DNA from: an uncultured Actinomycetota bacterium
GTDB taxonomy: Bacteria; Actinomycetota; Actinomycetes; Actinomycetales; CAWJMD01
NCBI GenBank assembly: GCA_963825505.1
Contig: CAWGTL010000010.1
Location: 128,080 to 192,079 of the forward strand
DNA length: 64,000 bases
Direction of reading: 5' to 3'
Part shown: one piece after another, positions 28,833 to 38,308 of the stretch
Layout of the letters: each line of letters starts with the position of its first letter
Numbering within the stretch: position 1 is the first letter of the stretch
Program-made: the position numbers and the translations under genes
Notes under the pieces: model-generated
Seen by the model: only the letters and a program-made list of their open reading frames with translations
Databases searched by the model: none
What the model was told of the DNA's origin: nothing

Positions 28833-31046
28833 TCAGGTGCGGTAGAGCCGCACCGTCCGACCGGGCAGCGCCACCGTCGTGCCGCCGTCGGCCCGCTCCG
28901 GGAGCGGATCGCCGGCGGCATGGGCGGCGCTGTCCCACAGCGGTTCCCACGCCGAGCCCCACGGCTCGCCGGGCAGCGTCACCTCGACCGGGTCGTGGTG
29001 GCCCTGGACGACGAGCAGCACCGCGGGCCCGCCGAGCGGGTGGCCGTGCAGGAACATCTGCAGCGTCCGCAGCACCGGGTCGTGCCAGCGGTCGTGGTCC
29101 ATCGGACGGCCGTCGGGGCCGAACCAGGCGAGGTCGGTGGTCCCGTCCTCGTGCACGGTCCGTCCGTTGGGGCGGGTGGCCTGGCGCAGCGGGGCGAGCT
29201 CACGCCGCAGCGCGGTCAGGCGGCGCACGGCCTCGCGCGTCGAGCGGCCGGTGGCGGTGAGGTCCCAGTCGACCCAGGTGGTCTCGTCGTCGAGGCAGTA
29301 GGCGTTGTTGTTGCCGCCCTGGCTGCGGGCGATCTCGTCGCCGGCGAGCAGCATCGGCGTGCCGGTCGACAGCAGCAGCGTCGACAGCAGCGCCAGCCCG
29401 GACGCGTGCCGCGACCGCAGCACGGCCTCGTCGCCGGTCGGGCCCTCCACGCCGTGGTTCCACGAGCGGTTGTCGTTGTGGCCGTCGCGGTTGCCCTCGC
29501 CGTTGGCGCCGTTGTGCTTGTGCGCGTAGGCGGTGGTGTCGGCGAGGGTGAAGCCGTCGTGCGCCGACACGAAGTTGACGCTCGCCCAGGCCGACCGGGC
29601 CACCCGGTCCGCCGAGGCTGCGGTCGCGAAGTGGTCCGACGACCCCGCGAGCCGGGTGGCGAGGTCGCGCAGGTCCGAGCGCGGGTGGCCGTCCGAGGCG
29701 CCGAGGGCGTGGGCGGCGTCGGCCAGCCAGAACGACCGGACGGCGTCCCGGAACCGGTCGTTCCACTCGGCGAACGGCGGCGGGAACTGACCGGTGCGCC
29801 ACCCGTGCGTACCGACGTCCCACGGCTCCGCGACGAGCTTGACGCCCTGCAGCACCGGGTCGGCGCGGGCCGCCACGAGGAACGGGTGGTCGGGCTTGAA
29901 CGAGTCGGCGCCACGGCGCGAGTCGCCGCGAGCCAGCGCGGGGGCGAGGTCGAACCGGAAGCCGTCGACCCCGTACGTCTGCACCCAGTGCCGCAGCGAG
30001 TCCAGGGCCAGCGCCACCACCCGCGGGTGCGAGAAGTCGACGGTGTTGCCGCAGCCGGTGACGTCGAGGTCCCGACCGTGCTCGTCCATCCGGTAGTACG
30101 AGGCGTTGTCGATCCCGCGGAAGGACAGCGTCGGCCCGTCGGCCCCCGCCTCGCAGGTGTGGTTGTAGACGACGTCGAGCCAGACCTCGAGCCCGGCCTC
30201 GTGCAGGGCGTCGACGGCACCGACGATCTCCGCGGCCACCGCTGCCGCCCCGGCCGAGCGCGAGGCCGCGGTGGCGTACCGCGGCTCGGGTGCGAAGAAG
30301 GACAGGTGGTTGTAACCCCAGTAGTTGCGCATCCCGCGCTGCACCAGCGCCGGCTCGTCGCCCACCGCGAACACCGGGAGCAGCTCGACCGCGGTGACGC
30401 CGAGACCCACGACGTGCTCCACCACGGCCGGGTGCGCGAGCCCCGCCCAGGTGCCGCGCAGCTCCTCCGGGACGTCCGGGTGGCGCATCGTCAGTCCCCG
30501 CAGGTGGGCCTCGTAGACCACGGTGCGGTCCCACGGCACGTCCGGACGGGCGCTCCGGGGCGGGTCGGTCGGAGCGAGCAGGATGCCCGTGGGGGCGTGG
30601 CCGAGGCTGTCGGTGGAGTCCTGCCAGCGAGCACCGCCGTGCGCCGCCGGACCGTCCTGCGGACGCCACTGGTCGTCGACGACGTGCCCGAAGACCGGCT
30701 GCCCCCAACGGATCTCACCACTGACCGCGCGGGCGTACGGGTCGATCAGCAGCTTGGCGGGGTTGTGCCGATGACCTGCCGTGGGGTCCCACGGACCGTG
30801 CACGCGCAGCCCGTACCGCTGGCCGGGGCGCGCACCCGGCACGTGCCCGTGCCAGACGCCGTCGGTGCACCGGGGCAGGGTCGTCCGGGACTCGGCGCCG
30901 TCGTCGTCGAGCAGGCACACCTCGACCTGCTCGGCGTGGGCGGCGAAGACCGCCGCGTCGGCGCCGTCCCCGTCCGCGCGCAGGTGCACGCCCAGCGGGT
31001 ACGGCCGGGTGCTCACGGCGGCGGACGCGCCGCTCGGTGCTGTCAC
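28833..31046 (-). CDS. glgX: Glycogen debranching enzyme GlgX (GH13)
   Basis: YPLGVHL, NYWGYN, VVYNHT, GFRFDLA, VAEPWD and NFVSAHDGFTL motifs. GTG 31046 chosen because the ORF extension upstream overlaps the neighbouring gene. Confidence 0.92.
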   Translation of the reverse strand: MTAPSGASAAVSTRPYPLGVHLRADGDGADAAVFAAHAEQVEVCLLDDDGAESRTTLPRCTDGVWHGHVPGARPGQRYGLRVHGPWDPTAGHRHNPAKLLIDPYARAVSGEIRWGQPVFGHVVDDQWRPQDGPAAHGGARWQDSTDSLGHAPTGILLAPTDPPRSARPDVPWDRTVVYEAHLRGLTMRHPDVPEELRGTWAGLAHPAVVEHVVGLGVTAVELLPVFAVGDEPALVQRGMRNYWGYNHLSFFAPEPRYATAASRSAGAAAVAAEIVGAVDALHEAGLEVWLDVVYNHTCEAGADGPTLSFRGIDNASYYRMDEHGRDLDVTGCGNTVDFSHPRVVALALDSLRHWVQTYGVDGFRFDLAPALARGDSRRGADSFKPDHPFLVAARADPVLQGVKLVAEPWDVGTHGWRTGQFPPPFAEWNDRFRDAVRSFWLADAAHALGASDGHPRSDLRDLATRLAGSSDHFATAASADRVARSAWASVNFVSAHDGFTLADTTAYAHKHNGANGEGNRDGHNDNRSWNHGVEGPTGDEAVLRSRHASGLALLSTLLLSTGTPMLLAGDEIARSQGGNNNAYCLDDETTWVDWDLTATGRSTREAVRRLTALRRELAPLRQATRPNGRTVHEDGTTDLAWFGPDGRPMDHDRWHDPVLRTLQMFLHGHPLGGPAVLLVVQGHHDPVEVTLPGEPWGSAWEPLWDSAAHAAGDPLPERADGGTTVALPGRTVRLYRT

Positions 31047-31079
31047 GGGAGCAGTGTGGCCGACGGTTACCGTGGACCG

Positions 31080-31520
31080 GTGAGCGACCCGACGTCCGTT
31101 CCCAGCTTCCCGCCGCCCGCCGACGAGCACCCCCTGCGCGGACGGGTGCTCGACGTCCTGGTCGACGACGGCCTCGCCCCGAGCCTGGACGACGACGGCG
31201 ACGTCGCGTTCCTCACCGCCGAGCAGAAGCTCTTCGTCCGCTGCGTCGACGCCGACCCGGCCCTGATGCGCGTGTTCGGCCAGTGGCGCATCACCGCGCC
31301 CGCGGAGCACGACGAGGTCGACTGGCTGCGGGCCGCCAGCGTGGTGAGCGCCACCCACAACCTGGCCAAGCTCAGCGTGCACGGCGGGGTGCTCGTGGTG
31401 GCGGTCGACTCGGTGGTGACCGAGGGGGCCGACCTCCCGGTGCTGGTCCGCACGAGCGTGCAGGCGGTCCTGGCCGCGGTCGGCGGCTGGCACGAGCAGG
31501 TCGAGGGCACTGCCTCCTGA
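31080..31520 (+). CDS. YbjN-domain (T3SS-chaperone-like) protein
   Basis: 146 aa from GTG 31080 in the frame of ORF 28920-31520. Contains DDDGDVAFLTAEQKLFVRCVDADPALMRVFGQWRI. Confidence 0.5.
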   Translation: MSDPTSVPSFPPPADEHPLRGRVLDVLVDDGLAPSLDDDGDVAFLTAEQKLFVRCVDADPALMRVFGQWRITAPAEHDEVDWLRAASVVSATHNLAKLSVHGGVLVVAVDSVVTEGADLPVLVRTSVQAVLAAVGGWHEQVEGTAS

Positions 31521-31559
31521 CCGGCTCGTGCCGCGCGGATAGGCTCGCCTCCCAGCGAG

Positions 31560-31573
31560 CCCGGGTACCCGGG
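31560..31573. promoter_or_regulatory. Perfect 14-bp palindrome CCCGGGTACCCGGG, 21 nt upstream of the enoyl-CoA hydratase start
   Basis: Read directly. Could be an operator or a small hairpin after the ybjN-like gene. Confidence 0.25.
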
Positions 31574-31594
31574 CCGGGCGAGAGGGGCGAGCGG

Positions 31595-32380
31595 ATGGTG
31601 GCGTCGCAGCACGTGCGGCTCGAGGTCGAGGGCGGGATCGGCACGATCAGGATCGACCGGCCGCCGATGAACGCGCTCGACTCCACGATCCAGGCCGGGC
31701 TGGCCGCGGCGGCGGCCGAGGCCACCGAACGGCGCGACGTGTCCGCGGTGGTCGTCTACGGCGGCGAGAAGGTGTTCGCCGCGGGTGCCGACATCAAGGA
31801 GATGCAGGGCCTGGCCTACACGGACATGGTCGACCGGGGCCGCGCGCTCCAGTCGTCGTTCACGGCGATCGCGTCCATCCCCAAGCCCACCGTCGCCGCG
31901 ATCACCGGGTACGCGCTCGGCGGCGGTTGCGAGCTCGCGCTCTGCTGCGACTTCCGGGTGTGCGGCGACAACGCGAAGCTGGGCCAGCCCGAGATCCTGC
32001 TCGGCATCATCCCGGGGGCCGGCGGCACCCAGCGGCTGCCGCGCCTCGTCGGGCCGTCGAGGGCCAAGGACATCATCTTCTCCGGACGCTTCGTGGCCGC
32101 CGAGGAGGCGCTCGCGATCGGGCTCGTCGACAAGGTGGTGGCACCGGACGACGTGTACTCGGCTGCGCGAGAGCTGGTCTCGCGCTACGTGGGCGGACCC
32201 GCCTACGCCCTGCGCGCCGCGAAGGAGGCGATCGACAGCGGGTTGGAGGTCGACCTCGCGACCGGTCTGGAGATCGAGCGCGCCGCGTTCGCCGCGCTGT
32301 TCGCGACCCAGGACCGCGCGATCGGGATGGAGTCGTTCGTGCAGGACGGTCCCGGCAAGGCGAAGTTCACCGGTCGCTGA
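31595..32380 (+). CDS. Enoyl-CoA hydratase/isomerase family protein
   Basis: IRIDRPPMNALD, FAAGADIKEM, AAITGYALGGGCELALCCDFRV and LGQPEILLGIIPGAGGTQRL. Confidence 0.9.
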   Translation: MVASQHVRLEVEGGIGTIRIDRPPMNALDSTIQAGLAAAAAEATERRDVSAVVVYGGEKVFAAGADIKEMQGLAYTDMVDRGRALQSSFTAIASIPKPTVAAITGYALGGGCELALCCDFRVCGDNAKLGQPEILLGIIPGAGGTQRLPRLVGPSRAKDIIFSGRFVAAEEALAIGLVDKVVAPDDVYSAARELVSRYVGGPAYALRAAKEAIDSGLEVDLATGLEIERAAFAALFATQDRAIGMESFVQDGPGKAKFTGR

Positions 32381-32381
32381 C

Positions 32382-33332
32382 GTGGACCAGCAGCAGCCCG
32401 CCACCGCCGACCAGGTGGCGAAGGCGTACGAGGACAACAAGCTCGCCCAGGTGCTCTACCACGACTGGGAGGCGGGCAGCTACGACGAGAAGTGGTCGAT
32501 CTCGTTCGACCAGCGCTGCATCGACTACGCCCGCGACGTCTTCCTCGACGTGCTCGGTCCGGTGCGGTCGACCGAGCAGTGGCCGTACGGCCGCACGCTC
32601 GAGATCGGCGCCGGCACGGGCTTCTTCGCGCTCAACCTGCGGCAGGCCGGCGCTCTGGACCACGTGACCGTCACCGACCTCTCGCCGGGCATGGTCGAGG
32701 CCGCGCAGGAGAACGCCCGCCGGCTCGGTTTCGAGGTCGACGGCGCGGTCGCCGACGTCGAGGCGCTGCCGTTCCCCGACGAGAGCTTCGACCTCGTCAT
32801 CGGCCACGCCGTGCTCCACCACCTGCCCGACGTCGAGGCGTCGCTGCGCGAGGTGCTGCGGGTGCTGAGACCCGGCGGCCGGTTCGTCATCGCGGGAGAG
32901 CCCACGCGGGTGGGCGACTGGTACGCCCGCCGGCTCGGTCGTCTCACCTGGGCGGTCACCACCCGGGCCACCCGGCTCGGCCCGCTGCGCCAGTGGGCCC
33001 GTCCCCAGGCCGAGCTGGACGGGTCCTCGCGCGCCGCGGCGCTCGAGGGCGTCGTCGACCTGCACACCTTCGTGCCGTCCGAGCTCGCGCGCACCGCCCT
33101 GCGGGCCGGGGCCGTCGACGTCACCACGTCGACCCAGGAGCTGACCGCCGCGCTGCTCGGCTGGCCGGTGCGCACCTTCGAGGCAGCCGTGGCGCCGGAG
33201 CGCCTGGGGTGGGGCTGGGCCTCGTTCGCGTTCGGCGCCTGGAAGCGGCTGTCGGCCGTGGACCGGGTGCTGCACCGGGCGCTGCCGGAGGGGCTGTTCT
33301 ACAACGTGGGGATCACCGGGGTCCGGGGCTGA
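32382..33332 (+). CDS. Class I SAM-dependent methyltransferase
   Basis: GTG 32382 lies 2 nt after the upstream stop. Motif I LEIGAGTGFF, then DLSPGMV and LRPGGRFVIAGEP. Confidence 0.8.
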   Translation: MDQQQPATADQVAKAYEDNKLAQVLYHDWEAGSYDEKWSISFDQRCIDYARDVFLDVLGPVRSTEQWPYGRTLEIGAGTGFFALNLRQAGALDHVTVTDLSPGMVEAAQENARRLGFEVDGAVADVEALPFPDESFDLVIGHAVLHHLPDVEASLREVLRVLRPGGRFVIAGEPTRVGDWYARRLGRLTWAVTTRATRLGPLRQWARPQAELDGSSRAAALEGVVDLHTFVPSELARTALRAGAVDVTTSTQELTAALLGWPVRTFEAAVAPERLGWGWASFAFGAWKRLSAVDRVLHRALPEGLFYNVGITGVRG

Positions 33333-33333
33333 C

Positions 33334-34077
33334 GTGCCGCTCGCCGACGTCGCGCGGGCCTGGGCCGTGCGGGTGCGGACCGGCCGCGACCCCCGCCAGG
33401 TGCGGTACCTGACCGCGGAGTCGCTGCGGTGGGTGCTGCGGCACCGGGCGCTGACCCCCTGGTACCTGGTGCGGTACGCACGGCTCGCCCGGTTGCGCCT
33501 CACCAGCCCGCACGTGGTCACCACCGGCCTGGTCCTCCTCGGGCGCGGGGTCCGGGTCGAGGCGAGGCCGGGGTACGGGCGGGTGCTGCTCGGTCGCTGG
33601 GTGCACGTCGGCGACCTCACCCGGCTGCGCGCGCACGAGGGCACGCTGCGGGTCGGCGACAAGACCGTGCTGGGCCGGGACTGCACCGTGAACTGCTACC
33701 TCGACGTCGACCTCGGCGAGGCCTGCCTGCTGGCCGACTGGGTCTACGTCACCGACTTCGACCACGTGCACACCGACCTCGACGTGCCGATCAAGGACCA
33801 GGGCATCAGCAAGGCGCCGGTCGTCGTCGGCGCGGGGTCGTGGCTGGGCGTGCGGGTCAGCGTCCTGCGGGGCACGGTGATCGGCCCGGGGTCGGTGGTC
33901 GCCGCCCACGCCGTCGCCCGCGGCACGTACCCGCCCGGCGCCGTGGTCGCCGGCGTCCCCGGCGTGGTGGTGCGCGACCGGGCCGCGCTGGCCGCCGCCG
34001 ACGCCGACCGCAGAGCCGCCCTCGCCGACATGGATCGCAAGCACCGCGAGGCCGTCCGCCGCGCCGCCCGCTCCTGA
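33334..34077 (+). CDS. Hexapeptide-repeat (LbH) acyl/acetyltransferase
   Basis: VVGAGSWLGVRVSVLRGTVIGPGSVVAAHAVARGTYPPGAVVAGVPG. Start 2 nt after the methyltransferase stop. Confidence 0.7.
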   Translation: MPLADVARAWAVRVRTGRDPRQVRYLTAESLRWVLRHRALTPWYLVRYARLARLRLTSPHVVTTGLVLLGRGVRVEARPGYGRVLLGRWVHVGDLTRLRAHEGTLRVGDKTVLGRDCTVNCYLDVDLGEACLLADWVYVTDFDHVHTDLDVPIKDQGISKAPVVVGAGSWLGVRVSVLRGTVIGPGSVVAAHAVARGTYPPGAVVAGVPGVVVRDRAALAAADADRRAALADMDRKHREAVRRAARS

Positions 34078-34086
34078 GCTCTTGGC

Positions 34087-35154
34087 TCAACCCACCGCAC
34101 GCTGTGCTCCTCCCACCCACACGGTGCGGCCGCCGACGTGTGGGTGGGACGAGCAGAGGCGGGGGTGGAGGGGATGCGTCGCCGGCGCCGGTACCAGGTG
34201 CGCCCGCACCCGCGCCGGGTCGCCGCGTCCGAGCTCGGTACGGATGGTCTGCGCCCAGCGCGGTTCCTGGCGCAGGTCGGACGACCCCCAGCGGACGACG
34301 TGCAGGCCGGTGCGGCGCAGCAGGTCCTCGCGCTGCTTCTCGGCCACGACCGCCTGCACGGCACGCCGGACGTCGGCGGCGTCGGACGCCGCGGCGCCGA
34401 GCCCGTACTTCGTGAGGCCGTCGACCTCGCCCACCACGCCGTGCTCGGGCCACCACGCGTCGACCCGCCCGAGGAACACGCCGTCCTCGTCGTAGACGTC
34501 GGTCTGCGGCTCGGGCACCGGTAGCCCCTGTCGGATCGCAGCCACCCACGACCACGACTCCAGTGGGGACTCGCGGCGACCGTCGACCAGGGTCCACGCG
34601 TCGAGGCCGCGCCGTGAGTACGGCCAGCCCGCGCAGAAATCGAGCACCTCCTGCACCTGGCCCCACACGGCCGGGGACGCGCGCAGCGCGGCGTCCGAGA
34701 CCGCGACGGCATCGACGGTCGTGAGGTGGCGCATGCAGTCCGCGACGGTCCGGGCGGCAGAGGTGCGGCGGATGCGACCGGCGGTCCGGACGTGGCCGTC
34801 CGGGAGCGAGGCCGCCATCACGGCGGTCCCGGTTCCGTACCGCGTGGGGAGCCCGCGCGGCACCGTGCCCCACACCGGCGTCGGCGCGAACGGCTGCGGC
34901 AGACCGAGCAGGGCGGCCGCACTGGCGTGGCTCACCGCGCCTCCCACCGGTGCCAGGGCCAGTCCCAGGCCGGTGGCCGCCACCCGGTGCCGCCCGGCGG
35001 GGCCGGCAGCACGCCAGCGCCCGCCGTCGGTGTACACGCCACGTCGGAGCCGGTGCAGCGCTCCGGTGCGCAGGGCGTGGTCGACCTGGCGCGCGGTCCA
35101 CCCCGCCGCGAGCAGCTCGTCGCGACGCGAGACGGCGAACGGGAGATCCCTCAC
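34087..35154 (-). CDS. AbiEi_4-like wHTH / DUF559 (Vsr-like endonuclease fold) protein
   Basis: RRDELLAAGWTARQVDHALRTGALHRLRRGVYT at the N-terminus. C-terminal ESPLESWSWV, GRVDAWWPEHGVVGEVDGLTKY and REDLLRRTGLHVVRW. GTG 35154 chosen; the longer ORF to 35373 runs through repeat copy B. Confidence 0.7.
   Translation of the reverse strand: MRDLPFAVSRRDELLAAGWTARQVDHALRTGALHRLRRGVYTDGGRWRAAGPAGRHRVAATGLGLALAPVGGAVSHASAAALLGLPQPFAPTPVWGTVPRGLPTRYGTGTAVMAASLPDGHVRTAGRIRRTSAARTVADCMRHLTTVDAVAVSDAALRASPAVWGQVQEVLDFCAGWPYSRRGLDAWTLVDGRRESPLESWSWVAAIRQGLPVPEPQTDVYDEDGVFLGRVDAWWPEHGVVGEVDGLTKYGLGAAASDAADVRRAVQAVVAEKQREDLLRRTGLHVVRWGSSDLRQEPRWAQTIRTELGRGDPARVRAHLVPAPATHPLHPRLCSSHPHVGGRTVWVGGAQRAVG
34101..34159. 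repeat. Palindromic element copy A (GCTGTGCTCCT CCCACCCACAC loop GTGTGGGTGGG ACGAGCAGAGG)
   Basis: 11-bp perfect inner stem (34112-34122 / 34138-34148) with a loop containing GCGGCCGC, plus imperfect outer arms. Lies at the convergent junction of the acyltransferase and AbiEi-like genes. Confidence 0.85.
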
Positions 35155-35238
35155 CGGGCCGAGCCTCGACGGCGCCGGGGCCGACGGCGAGACGTCCGGC
35201 GTGATCTGTGGACGGCCCGGCGGCTGTGGACGGGCAGG

Positions 35239-35321
35239 CCTCTGCTCGTCCCACCCACACGTCAGCGGCCGCAGCGTGTGGGCTGGGTGAGCACAGCGCG
35301 TGGCGCCACGAGCAGAGGCGG
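35239..35321. repeat. Palindromic element copy B (reverse complement of copy A) plus an extra ACGAGCAGAGGCGG arm
   Basis: CCTCTGCTCGT CCCACCCACAC GTCAGCGGCCGCAGC GTGTGGGCTGGG TGAGCACAGCG aligns to the reverse complement of copy A with few mismatches. A second ACGAGCAGAGGCGG copy sits at 35308-35321 and abuts the GT4 stop codon. Confidence 0.85.
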
Positions 35322-36537
35322 TCAGGCCGGGTAGAGGGCGGTGGTGGCCTCGGCCATGGCCGCGGGGGTCCACGCCTGCACCGCCGCGCGACCGGCCTCG
35401 CCGAGGGAGGTGGCGCGCCGGGGCTCGGCGAGCAGCGCCGACACCTGCGCGGCGAGGTCGTCGACGTCGCCGGAGGCGATCCGCAGGCCGGTGACGCCGG
35501 GCTCGACGGCCTCGGCGAGACCGCCGACCTCGGTGACGACGACGGGCGCACCGGCGGCCTGCGCCTGCCGCGCCACCAGCCCGAACGGCTCGTAGCGGCT
35601 CGTGACGAGCACGGCACCCGCCACCGACAGCAGCGCGCGCAGCGGTGCGTGCTCGAGCCAGCCCGTCCAGGTCACCCGGTCGGCCACGCCGACCTCGGCC
35701 GCCAGCGCCTCGAGCTCAGGACGGTACGAGCCGTCGCCGGCGACGACGAGCCGCACGCCCGGGTGACGGCGTGCCACGGCCGGCAGCGCGCGCACCACGG
35801 TGGACAAGCCCTTCTCCCACTCCAGCCGTCCGGCCGCCACCAGCAGCGGTCCGTCAGCCGGCACCCACAGCTCGCGGGCGCGGTCGGCGTCCGCAGGCGG
35901 CGCGACCCACGCGGCGGCATCGACGGCGGCGGGGACGACGTGCACGCGGGACGGGTCGGCGCCCAGCACCCCGACCACCTCGGTGCGCATCGCCTCCGAG
36001 CACACCAGCACCACGTCCGGACGACGTTGTGACGAGAAGGCCTGCACCGCAGCACGTTCGGCGCGGTGGACGAGCCGGGGCAGGTCGCCGTCGAGGCGGC
36101 CCGACCGCCGGCCGAACTCGGTGGCGTGCACGCTGTGGACCCACGGCGCACCCAGCGCCTGCGCGGCGGCGGCACCCGCGGCGGCGGTCATCCAGTCGTG
36201 CGAGTGGACGACGACGGCGTCCTCGGTGGCGGGCAACCGCGGCCGCCGTGGCGGCGACGGGGCCTGCCAGCGCGGCGGCGGCGTCCACGAGGTCGGTCGC
36301 GCCCCACGGGCCGTCCGGCGCTCCGGGCAGCGGCACGCGCTGCACCCGCACGCCGTCGCGCACCTCCATCGCGGGTACGTCGCGCAGCCGGTCGGCACCG
36401 GTGACGTCGTGGCCGAGGGCCAGCACCCCGACCTGGTGACCGGCTGCGGCCTGCGCGGCGGCCAGGTCGGCGACCAGGTGGCCGAGACCGCCGTAGACCA
36501 CCGGCGGGTGCTCCCACGCGACGTGCAGCACCCTCAT
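35322..36537 (-). CDS. GT4 family alpha-glucosyltransferase (Rv3032/GlgA-like); frame broken as sequenced near 36230-36240
   Basis: N-terminus MRVLHVAWEHPPVVYGGLGHLVADLAAAQAAAGHQV lies in the frame of ORF 35854-37098. The rest (VVHSHDWMTAAAG ... GRLEWEKG ... SRYEPFGLVARQAQAAGAPVVVTEVGGLAEAV) lies in the frame of ORF 35322-36398. Start overlaps the GH57 stop (ATGA). Confidence 0.8.
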
Positions 36538-38110
36538 CCGGCCCACCGGGCGGCGAGCGGCCGGGCGTCGAGCCACGGGAACGGGTCGTCGGTGCTGCGC
36601 TGGCGCCGCGCCTCCTGGGCCGCCTGGGCGGACGGGCCGCCCTCGACCAGCGCGGCGAGCCGGTGGAAGCGCGCACGGTGGCCGGCCTCGCGGTCGCGCG
36701 CGTACGCGGCCGCCTGGTCGCGGGTCACCATGAACGCCCAGTCGCTGGAGAGCACGAGGAGAGCCTGCCGCACGAGCTGGTCGAGGTCCGGACGCCGCCC
36801 GTCGGCGAGCCCGCCACCGGCCCGCTCGCGCGCCAGCACGTCGAGCAGGCGTCGCTGCACCCAGCAGCCCTCGTCGGCGAGGTCGCGCACGGCCGGGCCC
36901 GACCAGACCGAGAAGTCCTTGCCCGCACCCCACGACCCGTCGGCGAGGTCGACCTCGCCGTCGACCACGGCGTCCGGCCCGTGCAGAGCCGTGCGCAACG
37001 ACGCGGTGCGCACCCCGGCCGCCGGGAGCGCCCGCAGCACGGCCTCGAGGAACGCCGGGCCCTCGTGCCACCAGTGGCCGAACAGCTCGGTGTCCCACGC
37101 CACGACGACCAGCGCCGGGGAGCCGCGCTCGTCCCGCAGCGCCAGCAACCGCTCTCGCACCGCCGCGACGAAGGCCCGCGCGTCACGTCGCACCTGCTGC
37201 GCGGCGAGATCTTGCTCGGTACCAGCGCTTCTCATCGACATCGAGCCCGGTGACGGCGTAGGGCCGCAGCCCGGACCCGTCGTCGACGGCGTGGAAGTCG
37301 CGGTACAGGGGATGGGTCGGGTAGCCCGACCGCGAGGACCAGACCAGGTCGGTCACCGACAGGTCGCGCGCCGCGGACGACGACCGGCGTCCCCGCCATC
37401 CGCCACCCGGCACCGACCGACCGTCCGGACGCGAGCAGCGTCGCCTGGTCGTGCACCGCGTGGCGCACCCCCAGCCCGGCGAGCACCCGCTCCAGCCCGG
37501 CGCGGTGGCCGCACTCGGGCGACCAGACCCCGACCGGTGTGCGGCCGGTGCGCCACCGCGCGTCGTCGAGGCCCGCCTGCAGGGCGAGCCCGGCCACGGC
37601 GTCGTCGAGCAGCGGGAGGAAGGGGTGGGTCGCCGGGCCGCCGAGGAGCTCCACCACGCCGCGGTCGGTGAGGTCGCGCAGCACGGGGCTGCCCCCCGCC
37701 CGCCACGGACCCGCCAGCGCCTCCTGCGCGGCGGCGGCGGCACGGAACTGCTCGGCAGCGTGGGCGCGCATCCCGGGCTCGGGGCGCAGCGCCGCCTCCT
37801 GCGCCCGCAGCGACCAGTCGGCCGTCCACTCCCGCACGGCGCGCAGCCCGGCGGGGGAGTCGAGCTGGGCGGCGAGCACCGGGGTCACCCCGAGGGTCAG
37901 CAGGTCGCGGCGTCCCTCGTCGGCCAGCCGGCGCAGCACGTCGACGACGGGCAGGTAGCACCCCGTCCACGCCTGGTGCAGCCACTCCTCGCCGACCGGC
38001 CAGCGCCCGTGGCCGAGCAGCCACGGCAGGTGCGAGTGCAGGACCACGGCGAGGGTGCCGACCGTCCCACCCCCGGACGGTGGCGGTCGCACGGGTACGG
38101 GCGCGAGCAC
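36534..38110 (-). CDS. GH57 family glucan branching enzyme-like protein (Rv3031/DUF1957-like); two frame breaks near 37370 and 37215
   Basis: LAVVLHSHLPWLLGHGRWPVGEEWL is in one frame, RDLSVTDLVWSSRSGYPTHPLYRDFH in a second, and WDTELFGHWWHEGPAFLE ... LVLSSDWAFMVT in a third. All three are collinear. Confidence 0.75.
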
Positions 38111-38308
38111 GGACGAGACTGTGGCACAAGCCGTCCCGTGTGCCGGGCGTCACGTCGCCTCCGGTGGAGCCGGAGGTTACCCGCGGGTAACGTGGCTGTG
38201 CGTTCGCTCACCCGAGCCGCAGCCGGTCCTTGCGGGGTGGCAGGGTGGACGCCGAGAGCCGCACCGACCGTGCGTGCCAGCCCGCCAGCAGGGAGGACCC
38301 GTCCCGCC

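Noticed and set aside
23961-31520. Giant ORFs 23961-28487 (-), 23976-28805 (+), 28833-31493 (-) and 28920-31520 (+), taken at face value as 0.9-1.6 k-aa proteins.
   Set aside because: Only the 3' portions match real families (GlgE, GlgP, GlgX, YbjN-like). The 5' extensions are antisense to the neighbouring genes and low-complexity, so internal starts were chosen. The same logic was applied to ORFs 12288-14840, 20000-22636, 22567-25731, 31785-33332, 40862-42442 and 50123-53689.
34087-35373. Insertion sequence or composite transposon interpretation of the gene flanked by inverted ~60-bp repeats.
   Set aside because: The enclosed protein is AbiEi/DUF559-like, not a transposase. I could identify no target-site duplication. 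Each repeat is itself palindromic and sits where terminators are expected. I report it as a repeat finding, not as a mobile element.
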